From positions 913,752 to 977,751 of the forward strand of contig CATQHW010000001.1 of assembly GCA_958296075.1 (NCBI GenBank): a stretch of DNA of 64,000 nt, read 5' to 3'. Source of the DNA: an uncultured Spirochaetia bacterium. GTDB taxonomy: Bacteria; Spirochaetota; Spirochaetia; SZUA-6; Bin103. Each line of letters opens with the position of its first letter. The first letter of the stretch is position 1. A model generated the notes under the pieces. That model was not told where the DNA came from. It saw only the letters and a list, made by a program, of their open reading frames with translations, and did not search any database. The position numbers and the translations under genes were made by a program. Shown here in pieces: positions 37,805-45,801 of this stretch.

Positions 37805-38242
37805 ATGACGCCAAGTCAACGCAAGAAGGCGATGACCAGCAATCGTGGGCGCACCGTTCCCGAGAGAGCTTTGGCGTCGGCGCTGTGGCATAATGGATTC
37901 CGGTATCTGACGGATGTCGGCTATCGCAAGTTGACAGGAAAGTCCTTGCCTGGGCGTCCGGACCTTATTTTCTCCACCCGACGCGTGGCAGTGTTCGTAG
38001 ACGGGTGCTTCTGGCACGGATGTCCAGAGTGCGCGAAGGTACCCGAAGACATGAGTAAATTCTGGCTAAGTAAGATTCGTGCCAATCGGGCACGTGACGT
38101 TCGAGTAAGCCGCGAACTTGCGCAGCTTGGTTGGCACGTAGTACGCGTCCCGGAACATGCAGTTAGACGGCGTGATCGACTATCCGAGACCGCACGATCG
38201 CTTGTGGAACTATTGACCACATCAACTGGAAGAAGTGGGTAA
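37805..38242 (+). CDS. vsr: very short patch repair endonuclease
   Basis: PGRPDLIF...AVFVDGCFWHGCP signature. ATG at 37805; an alternative GTG at 37787 overlaps the upstream gene. Confidence 0.85.
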   Translation: MTPSQRKKAMTSNRGRTVPERALASALWHNGFRYLTDVGYRKLTGKSLPGRPDLIFSTRRVAVFVDGCFWHGCPECAKVPEDMSKFWLSKIRANRARDVRVSRELAQLGWHVVRVPEHAVRRRDRLSETARSLVELLTTSTGRSG

Positions 38243-39587
38243 CGTGAGTCTCCAGGAAATACGCGAGTTTGTCGAGCAACCGGAGCCGCGGCCGGTTGGC
38301 GATGATCTGACGGCAGTATCGTTGTTTTCCGGTGCCGGTCTCAGCGACGTAGGTTATGCTTCAGCCGGATTTAGATTGGTGGTTCAAGTGGAACAGGACT
38401 CCGATCGCGCCGCGGTGGGAGCGCGCAACTTCCCTCGCTCGAAGTGGCTTCGACGTGACGTACGTACGGCGCACGACGAGATAGCGGACGTGTATCGCGA
38501 CCATACCGATCAGCGGCTCGCTCTTCTGGTAGCCACGCCACCGTGTCAAGGGATGAGTTCTTCGAATCCAGGCCGAGGGAGGCGGAGTACGAATCAGGAG
38601 GGGCGCAAGGAAGAGCTCAACAAGCTGATTCTCGAGATCGTTCCCGCGGCAGCACGGCTTAGGCCCCGGATCATAGTCGCAGAGAACGTGCGGCCGGTGT
38701 TGACGCTTGAGGTGAGTTATGGCGAACGCCGAAGGAAAGTTATCGACCACCTGCGAGACGGATTGCCTCAGTACCATCTCTTTTCTGGGATCGTCAACGT
38801 CGCAGACTACGGCGTCCCGCAGGATCGCCGCCGAGCGGTCGTAGTGGGCGTCCGGCGCGACGAACCGTGGCTCAGGTTGCTCCGCGGCGCAAACGTCGCC
38901 CCATGGCCGCGCGCCACGCACGCGGAAATCCCAAAGAATGATCTAGACCAGTGGACGACTATCCGGCAGTGGATGGAGTACCTGGAATACGAGACGTTGG
39001 ACTCGGCGTCACCGGCGAACGCCGTAGGCGAGCACCCATTGCATTACGTTCCGAACTATACCGACAACCCGGACCGATACTTGCAGATCAGTCAGATTCC
39101 GCCGTACTCCGGACGGAACGCGTATGAAAACGACACGTGCCCAACTTGTCGTAGTCAGCCAATTCGCGCCGGAGTAGTCAAGTGTGTACGTGGACACCTC
39201 ATGCGCAATCGCCCGTACGTTCGCACCGGGACGGGGTTCAGACTCGTGAAGGGATTTCGGTCAAGCTACCGAAGAATGGCTCCCGACCAACCCGCACGGA
39301 CGATTACCACTAACACCAGCCACATTGGCAGTGACTTCAAGATTCACCCGTGGGAGAACAGGGTCCTCAGCACTCTCGAGTGCGCCGATCTCCAAACCGT
39401 TCCACGTCGTTTCGACTGGTCAAGTGCCATCAACGCTCGACCTAGGAGTAAGCGATACTTGATTAGGAACTTGATTGGCGAGGCATTCCCTCCGTATTTT
39501 ACATTTCTCCACGGTCAGGTACTTACTGGACTGCTTCAGGACTCTCGCTTCGATGACAAGCGCTGTGCTCATCACGTACGGCAGTGA
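38235..39587 (+). CDS. dcm: DNA (cytosine-5)-methyltransferase
   Basis: Motif I LFSGAGL, motif IV TPPCQGMS, motif VI AENV, and C-terminal LECADLQTVP and GEAFPP. GTG start overlaps the vsr end. Confidence 0.9.
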   Translation: MGNVSLQEIREFVEQPEPRPVGDDLTAVSLFSGAGLSDVGYASAGFRLVVQVEQDSDRAAVGARNFPRSKWLRRDVRTAHDEIADVYRDHTDQRLALLVATPPCQGMSSSNPGRGRRSTNQEGRKEELNKLILEIVPAAARLRPRIIVAENVRPVLTLEVSYGERRRKVIDHLRDGLPQYHLFSGIVNVADYGVPQDRRRAVVVGVRRDEPWLRLLRGANVAPWPRATHAEIPKNDLDQWTTIRQWMEYLEYETLDSASPANAVGEHPLHYVPNYTDNPDRYLQISQIPPYSGRNAYENDTCPTCRSQPIRAGVVKCVRGHLMRNRPYVRTGTGFRLVKGFRSSYRRMAPDQPARTITTNTSHIGSDFKIHPWENRVLSTLECADLQTVPRRFDWSSAINARPRSKRYLIRNLIGEAFPPYFTFLHGQVLTGLLQDSRFDDKRCAHHVRQ

Positions 39588-39591
39588 ATCG

Positions 39592-39614
39592 CTTGGTCAG
39601 TCGAAGAGACCAAG
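39592..39614 (+). terminator. hairpin CTTGGTC-N9-GACCAAG just after dcm (possible terminator or junction element)
   Basis: 7-bp perfect stem followed by TTGGG. It lies exactly at the right edge of the AT-rich block and carries the TTGGTCA motif seen at 26.7-27.1 kb and 29.68 kb. Confidence 0.3.
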
Positions 39615-39627
39615 TTGGGAGCTGCAC

Positions 39628-39864
39628 GAACGCGCGCTGCTCAAGGAGTTCGACGAGTACCGGGAGTCCCCGCAGCGCACGCTCAAGGTCTTCCGGCTGG
39701 AGGCGGTCCGCGCCGGGTTCAGGCGCGCGTGGCAGGAGCGCGATTACGCCACCATCGTCGCCGTCGCCGGCAAGGTCCCCGAAGCCGTGCTGCAGGAAGA
39801 CCCGAAGCTGCTGATGTGGTACGACCAGGCTATGACCCGCAGCGGAGCAAGCTCGGCGCCATGA
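39628..39864 (+). pseudogene. 3'-terminal stub of a pglXI gene, fused to the brxHII start
   Basis: ...ERALLKEFDEYRESPQRTLKVFRLEAVRAGFRRAWQERDYATIVAVAGKVPEAVLQEDPKLLMWYDQAMTRS... is near-identical to the last ~75 codons of both pglXI copies. Its stop overlaps the helicase ATG (ATGA). Confidence 0.8.
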
Positions 39865-42662
39865 CGGAGGCGCAGCCCGGCGACTGGGCGTGGAGCCTCG
39901 AACATCGCCAAGTGTGCCGCGTGGTCGAGGCGCAGGACCTGTGGGGGGCGGCGCTGTGCCGCGTCTGGCTGCCGGCTTCGGAGGCGTTCGTCCGGGTCCG
40001 GTCGGACCGACTCCGCCCGGTCGCCGAGGCGGGGGCCGCTGGCCAATCGTGGCTGACCTACGTGGCCGCCGCGGCGCGCGTCGCCGACGCGCTCGCGCAG
40101 GACGCGCTGCTGGCGCCGATCGAGTCGTCGGTCATCCCGCTGCCGCATCAGATTCGCGCGCTCTCGCGGGCGACCGCCGGTGGCCGCGTCCGGTATCTGC
40201 TGGCCGACGAAGTCGGACTCGGCAAGACGATCGAGGCTGGACTCATCATGCGCGAGCTCAAGCTGCGCGGCATCGTGCGGCGGACGCTGGTGGTGGCTCC
40301 CAAGGGACTCGTCAACCAGTGGGTCGCGGAGATGCGCACTCACTTCGCCGAGGAGTTCCGAGCCTTGGCGCCGAGCGACTTCCCCGCATTCCGCCGTATC
40401 GCCCCGGCGGACAACGTCTGGCGAACCTGCGATCAGGTCGTCTGCCCGATGGACGCGGTCAAGCCGCTCGACCGACGCCGCGGGTGGTCGCGGGAACGGG
40501 TGGCGGAACACAACCGCGACCGGTTCGAGGACCTGACCGCCGCCGGCTGGGACCTGATCATCATCGACGAGGCGCATCGCCTGGGCGGCAGCACCGATCA
40601 GGTCGCCCGCCATCAACTCGGCCGCGGACTGGCGGACGCCGCGCCCTGCCTGCTGCTGCTCTCCGCGACCCCGCATCAGGGCAAGACCGACGCCTTCCAT
40701 CGGCTGCTGTCGCTGGTCGACGAGACCGCGTTCCCCGATCCCGGCGACCTGTCCAGCGAACGCGTGCAGCCGTTCGTGATCCGCACCGAGAAGCGGCGGG
40801 CGATCGACGCCGACGGACAGCCGTTGTTCAAGCCGCGCCATACCCGCCTCGAACCGATCGCCTACGAGGAGCGGCACGCCGGCCAGCGCGCGCTCTACGA
40901 GGCGGTCACCGAGTACGTGCGCGACGGCTACAACCGGGCGCTGCGCGAACACAAGGGCCACCTCGGCTTCCTGATGATCCTGATGCAGCGTCTGGTCACG
41001 TCCTCGACCCGGGCGATCCGCGTCACCCTGGAGCGCCGCCTCGACGCACTCGCCGCGCCGGGCGAGCAGCTCCTGCTGTTCCCGGAGCTGACCGACGAGG
41101 AGTGGGCGGACCTCGACGGCCAGGAGCGGATCGATACGTTGCTCTCCAGCCGGCTGAGCGCCCTCAAGAACGAACGCGCGGAGGTGAAGCTGCTCCTCGA
41201 AGCGGCCCGGCGGACCGAGCGAGCCGGCGCCGATGCCAAGGCGGACGCCCTGCTCGGCTGGATCTACCGGTTGCAACAGGAGGCGAGCGACCCCGATCTG
41301 AAGGTCCTGATCTTCACCGAGTTCGTTGCGACGCAGGAGATGCTGCGCGAGTTTCTGGCCGACCGCGGGTTCCCGGTCGCGTGTCTCAACGGATCGATGG
41401 AATTGGAGGAGCGCGCGAACGCGCAGCGCTCGTTTGCCGGCGACGCCCGCTTCCTGGTGTCGACCGACGCCGGCGGCGAAGGCCTGAACCTGCAGTTCTG
41501 CCACGTGGTGGTCAACTACGACATTCCCTGGAATCCGATGAAGCTGGAACAGCGGATCGGCCGGGTCGATCGCATCGGCCAGGAACACGCCGTGCGGGCC
41601 GTCAACTTCGTGGTTCAGGATACGGTGGAGCACCGCGTCCGCGAGGTGCTGGAGGAGAAGCTGGCCGTCATTCTGGCGGAATTCGGCGTCGACAAGACCG
41701 AAGACATCCTCGATTCGGCGCAGGCCGGGCAGATGTTCGACGATCTCTACGTCGAGGCGATCGTCAGCCCGCATGATCTGCGCGCCCGCGTCGACGCCGT
41801 GGTACGCCAGGTCGAACGGCACGGTCAGGCCGTCCGCGAAAGCGCCGCCGTCTTCGGCAGCGCCGCAGCGCTTGATCCGGCGCCGGCGCGGCAGCTTCGA
41901 TCTCACCCCCTGCCGCACTGGATCGAAGCGATGACCGTCAACTACGTCCGGGCGCACGGCGGCGCGGCCGAGCGGCGCGGCGGGGTCTGGGACCTGACGT
42001 GGCCCGACGGGGAACGCCGGGAAGCCGTGGCGTTCTCGGCCGGCGACACGGACGGCAGCCCGCCAGATCGCCAGCTTACGCTCGAAGAGCCGCGGGTGCG
42101 CGCGCTCGCCGAGCGGCTCCCCCGGTTCGCCCCCGGCCAGCCGATCCCCTGCCTTGCGGTAGAACGACTGCCGGCCGAGGTGCGGGGACTCTGGTCGCTG
42201 TGGCGGATCACGCTGCACGCGCCGGAACGAGATCGGAGCCGCCTCATGCCGCTGTTCCGGCACGATGACGGGCGGGTACTGGCGCCGACCGCGCGATTCG
42301 TCTGGGAGCGGCTGCTGGCCGGCGCGCCGGCCGCCGGGCGCTGTCTCGACGGCGGCGCGGCCGCCGCGGCGTTCGCGGCCGTGGAGCGGTCGGCCCGCGA
42401 GCACGGCCGGCAGGTCTACCAGGAGCTGGTCCACGCCCACCGCGCGGAGGTCTCCGCCCGCCGCGAGCGGGGCGACTACTCCTTCGCCGCCCGGCGCCGT
42501 TCCATCGGGCGGCTCGGGCTGCCGGCGGTGCGCAACCATCGCCTGGCGCAGCTCGCCGCCGAGGAGCGGTCGTGGCGCGCCGCGATCGAGCGGGAGCACG
42601 AGGCCAGCCCGGACCTGGCGCCGCTGATCGTCGTCCGCGTGGATGGAGCGGGCGGCTCATGA
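39861..42662 (+). CDS. brxHII: SNF2/RapA-like DEAH helicase, BREX type 3 BrxHII
   Basis: Motif I LADEVGLGKT, motif II IIIDEAHRLGG, motif III LSATP, motif V DAGGEGLNLQ, motif VI WNPMKLEQRIGRVDRIGQ. ATG at 39861. Confidence 0.85.
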   Translation: MTEAQPGDWAWSLEHRQVCRVVEAQDLWGAALCRVWLPASEAFVRVRSDRLRPVAEAGAAGQSWLTYVAAAARVADALAQDALLAPIESSVIPLPHQIRALSRATAGGRVRYLLADEVGLGKTIEAGLIMRELKLRGIVRRTLVVAPKGLVNQWVAEMRTHFAEEFRALAPSDFPAFRRIAPADNVWRTCDQVVCPMDAVKPLDRRRGWSRERVAEHNRDRFEDLTAAGWDLIIIDEAHRLGGSTDQVARHQLGRGLADAAPCLLLLSATPHQGKTDAFHRLLSLVDETAFPDPGDLSSERVQPFVIRTEKRRAIDADGQPLFKPRHTRLEPIAYEERHAGQRALYEAVTEYVRDGYNRALREHKGHLGFLMILMQRLVTSSTRAIRVTLERRLDALAAPGEQLLLFPELTDEEWADLDGQERIDTLLSSRLSALKNERAEVKLLLEAARRTERAGADAKADALLGWIYRLQQEASDPDLKVLIFTEFVATQEMLREFLADRGFPVACLNGSMELEERANAQRSFAGDARFLVSTDAGGEGLNLQFCHVVVNYDIPWNPMKLEQRIGRVDRIGQEHAVRAVNFVVQDTVEHRVREVLEEKLAVILAEFGVDKTEDILDSAQAGQMFDDLYVEAIVSPHDLRARVDAVVRQVERHGQAVRESAAVFGSAAALDPAPARQLRSHPLPHWIEAMTVNYVRAHGGAAERRGGVWDLTWPDGERREAVAFSAGDTDGSPPDRQLTLEEPRVRALAERLPRFAPGQPIPCLAVERLPAEVRGLWSLWRITLHAPERDRSRLMPLFRHDDGRVLAPTARFVWERLLAGAPAAGRCLDGGAAAAAFAAVERSAREHGRQVYQELVHAHRAEVSARRERGDYSFAARRRSIGRLGLPAVRNHRLAQLAAEERSWRAAIEREHEASPDLAPLIVVRVDGAGGS

Positions 42663-44689
42663 AGAGCTGGCGTGACCCGATCCTGAAGGAGTTCATCGCC
42701 CCGCAGGCCGCCCGGCTCACGCTCGCCGCCGACCCCGACGGTCTCCTGCTCGAAGCGGGGGTCCTCGAGGAGATCGCGGAGCGCGGGTTCGAGCTGCTGA
42801 CGGTGGAGGATCGCATCTCCTTCCGCTTCGCCTACGAATCGCGCTATCGGTCGCGCTGGGACCGCGGCGAGCTCACCGACCGGGGCGTCGTGCTGCGGAC
42901 CGCGGCCGCCGACCTGCGCGCGCTGCCGTACGATCTCCTGCAAGCCGGCCGGCAGGTCTCGTTCAGCGTGGACGCGCTGTTCCCGAACCTGAGCCATGCG
43001 GTCATGGAGACGCTGGAGCGGAGCGACCTCGACGCCCTGTACCGGGCGCAGACGCGCGAGCCGCCGGCCCGCCCCCTCGGTGACCGGCAGACCGCCGGCT
43101 TCGTCCTGCGCCACGTCTTCGGGATCGCGCCGGAGACCATCGGGCAGGAGTCCGATCTGCTCGGCTTCCTGCTGCGCCGGCACTACCGCGGTCTCCGCAT
43201 TCCGGCGCTGCTCGACGATCATCTGCTCCGGCTGCTGGCCCGGAACCCGGCGTTCTCCGCGTGGCCGCTCCGCGAGATCATGGCGGATCGCGAGGCGTTC
43301 CGCGCATTCCTGCAGGAGCGTTGGCCGGCCTTCCTCGACCGGCGCACGGCCGATCGCGCCATGGCCGAGCCCGCCGCGCCGGTCGCGTCCACCGGCGGCC
43401 TCGGCCTGCGCTACTCCGGCCCGACCGGCATCCCGTTCGACCATGCCGACGTGCGGGTCTACGTCGGCAACCTCTTCCTGGAAGGTTTCCTCCGGCCGGT
43501 GACGCATCCGCGCGCCGATCGGTTGGCCGGATCGTGGGAGGCCGCCGGCATCGAGACCGACCCGGAAGCCGATCGGCAGCGCCGGCTGACCGGGCTGCTG
43601 CAGACCATCGAGGCCGAGAAGTCGATTCCCGGCCGCACGGCGCGGCACCGGGATTGGCTCGCGTTCGCGCGGCTGTGGGCGCAGGTGAACGCGCTGGTGT
43701 TCGGCCGCAACGGCGACCCCGGCGCCGGCGATTCCCGCTCCCGGTACGTCCGCGTCCGCGATCGGATCGACGCGGCGTTCACCGACTGGATGGAGCAGCG
43801 CTACGGCACGCTCCACAACCAGCCGCCGCGGCCGCCGGTGATGATCCACCACGTGCCGCGCATGCTCGCCCGGACGCTGCAGGAATCGGCCCGCGCGAAG
43901 GCGGCGCTGGTGCTGGTGGACGGCCTGTCGCTCGACCAATGGTCTACGGTGCGCGACGTGCTCGCCAAGCAACGGCCGGGCTTCCGGTTCCGGGAGCGAA
44001 GCTTGTTCGCGTGGGTGCCCACGCTCACCATGGTGTCGCGGCAGGCGTGCTTCAGCGGCCGCCCGCCGCTCTACTTTCCGTCCAGCATTCACACCACCGA
44101 CCGCGAGCCGGCCGCCTGGCAGCGGTTCTGGGCGGACGAGGGGCTGTCCGCGGCGGAGGTCGGTTACGAGAAGAATCTGCGCGCTCAAGCGGACCTGGAC
44201 CGCGCCGCGCAGCTCGTGTCGGCCCCCCGGGTGCGCGTCGTCGGATTGGTCGTCGACGCGGTCGACCAGATCATGCACGGCATGACGCTCGGACAGTCCG
44301 GCATGCACAACCAGGTGCGCCAGTGGGCGCAGCGCGGCCTGCCGGCGGACCTGATCGACCTGCTGCTCGACTCTGGCTTCGCGGTCTGGCTCACCTCCGA
44401 CCACGGGAATATCGAGACCCGCGGCTGCGGCCGTCCGGGCGAGGGTTCGGCCGCGGACCTGCGCGGCGAGCGGGTCCGCGTCTATTCCGATGCGGCGCTG
44501 CGCGCGCGGGTCAAGGAGCGGTTCCTGGACGCCATCGCGTGGCCGCCTGTCGGCCTGCCGGATGACTATCTGGCGTTGATCGCTCCCGGCCGTTCCTCGT
44601 TCGTCCGCCGGCAGGAACGTCCGGTGGCGCACGGCGGGATCACGCTGGAAGAGGTGATCGTGCCGCTGGTACGGATCGAACGAGCATGA
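42659..44689 (+). CDS. pglZ: BREX alkaline-phosphatase-fold protein PglZ
   Basis: VLVDGLSLDQW and LTSDHGN motifs of the PglZ domain. ATGA overlap with brxHII. Confidence 0.9.
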   Translation: MKSWRDPILKEFIAPQAARLTLAADPDGLLLEAGVLEEIAERGFELLTVEDRISFRFAYESRYRSRWDRGELTDRGVVLRTAAADLRALPYDLLQAGRQVSFSVDALFPNLSHAVMETLERSDLDALYRAQTREPPARPLGDRQTAGFVLRHVFGIAPETIGQESDLLGFLLRRHYRGLRIPALLDDHLLRLLARNPAFSAWPLREIMADREAFRAFLQERWPAFLDRRTADRAMAEPAAPVASTGGLGLRYSGPTGIPFDHADVRVYVGNLFLEGFLRPVTHPRADRLAGSWEAAGIETDPEADRQRRLTGLLQTIEAEKSIPGRTARHRDWLAFARLWAQVNALVFGRNGDPGAGDSRSRYVRVRDRIDAAFTDWMEQRYGTLHNQPPRPPVMIHHVPRMLARTLQESARAKAALVLVDGLSLDQWSTVRDVLAKQRPGFRFRERSLFAWVPTLTMVSRQACFSGRPPLYFPSSIHTTDREPAAWQRFWADEGLSAAEVGYEKNLRAQADLDRAAQLVSAPRVRVVGLVVDAVDQIMHGMTLGQSGMHNQVRQWAQRGLPADLIDLLLDSGFAVWLTSDHGNIETRGCGRPGEGSAADLRGERVRVYSDAALRARVKERFLDAIAWPPVGLPDDYLALIAPGRSSFVRRQERPVAHGGITLEEVIVPLVRIERA

Positions 44690-45537
44690 CCATGGATGAG
44701 GAGCGCAGGATCATCGGATTCGATCGCAAGATCGGTTTGAGCTGGCTCGACGCGACGGCCGACTGGGCGGCCCAGGGGCTGTCTGCCGCCGCGATTCGGG
44801 AGCGGCTCGACCGCCTGCTCGACGGACAGGTCGCCGGAGCTGGCCCGCACCGCGCGCGCGGCAAGACGATGACCGTGCTGCTGCATCTCTGGGTGCTGGT
44901 CCCCAACGTACTCGTCCCCTTGCGTGACGACGGCATCGACCTGCTGCGCGGACGGGTCGGCCGCGACCGTTTGCCGGTGCACTGGGGCATGTGCCTGGCC
45001 ACCTATCCCTTCTTCCACGACGTTGCCGCGACGACGGGACGGCTCCTGTCGCTGCAGGGCCGCGCGGCGCTGTCCCAGATCGTCCGGCGCATGACCGAGA
45101 CGTGGGGAACCCGGAGCACCGTGCCGCGGGCGGTACAGCGAGTCGTCCGCTCGTTCGTCGGATGGGGCGTCCTGACCGAGACCGGCGAGCGCGGCATCTT
45201 CGCGCCCGCGCCGAAGATCGCCGTGCACGACGGCGGCGCCGGCGCCTGGTTGCTGGAAGCAGGCATCGCCGGCTCCGCCCGCCCCGACTACCCGCTCCGC
45301 AGCCTCGCCGGTCAAGCCGCGTTCTATCCCCTCGATCTCCGTGTCTCCCCGAGCGACGTACGCCGCCGCCCGCGGCTGGCGCTCCACCACCAAGCGCTCG
45401 ACGGACCCATCGTAACTTGGACGGCAACCCAACGGTTGCCGGGGTCGCGTTCGATCGCCGGCTTCGCCGCGCGGCCCGGCCGCAGGATGGTATGGCTGCT
45501 GCGGCAGTCATGGTCCTGGTCGCCGCCGGAGCGGTGA
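44686..45537 (+). CDS. BREX trailing gene (BrxA position); family not recognised from sequence
   Basis: ATGA overlap with pglZ and host-like GC. The last ~40 codons look less protein-like, so the 3' end is uncertain. Confidence 0.5.
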   Translation: MTMDEERRIIGFDRKIGLSWLDATADWAAQGLSAAAIRERLDRLLDGQVAGAGPHRARGKTMTVLLHLWVLVPNVLVPLRDDGIDLLRGRVGRDRLPVHWGMCLATYPFFHDVAATTGRLLSLQGRAALSQIVRRMTETWGTRSTVPRAVQRVVRSFVGWGVLTETGERGIFAPAPKIAVHDGGAGAWLLEAGIAGSARPDYPLRSLAGQAAFYPLDLRVSPSDVRRRPRLALHHQALDGPIVTWTATQRLPGSRSIAGFAARPGRRMVWLLRQSWSWSPPER

Positions 45538-45731
45538 TCGGCGTGGCGCAGCACCTGCAGGGCAATCTGGCGTTCGAGCGGGAAATATATCCGCACGCTG
45601 CCATCGGCGATCTCCTGTGGAGCGCCGTGCGCGGCGTGGCGCCGCTGGCGGCGCCGGGCGGCCTGATCCTGGGGGCGGTGGCGGCGTCCGCCACGTGGCG
45701 CCATCCGGCGGCGACGACCCCCGCCGGCTGA
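45492..45731 (+). CDS. possible small 2-TM membrane protein
   Basis: MAAAAVMVLVAAGAVIGVAQ...GGLILGAVAASATW gives two hydrophobic segments. It overlaps the previous ORF by 46 nt. In high-GC DNA this could be spurious. Confidence 0.3.
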   Translation: MAAAAVMVLVAAGAVIGVAQHLQGNLAFEREIYPHAAIGDLLWSAVRGVAPLAAPGGLILGAVAASATWRHPAATTPAG

Positions 45732-45801
45732 TCTGCGGAGCCGGTCGCCGTTCTCTCCAAGGGAATGACCGGAGGTCGCGAGCCTCCGCCTCCCATTCGG
45801 T

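Noticed and set aside
39615-39860. N-terminal extension of the helicase ORF back to 39615.
   Set aside because: The extension is an Arg-rich alternative frame of the pglXI 3' stub. The protein-like frame there is the pglXI one, and the helicase sequence starts at the ATG at 39861.
45745-45775. Hairpin CGGAGG-tcgcgag-CCTCCG between convergent genes, considered as an intrinsic terminator.
   Set aside because: Short 6-bp stem with no T-tract. Plausible, but not supportable from sequence alone.
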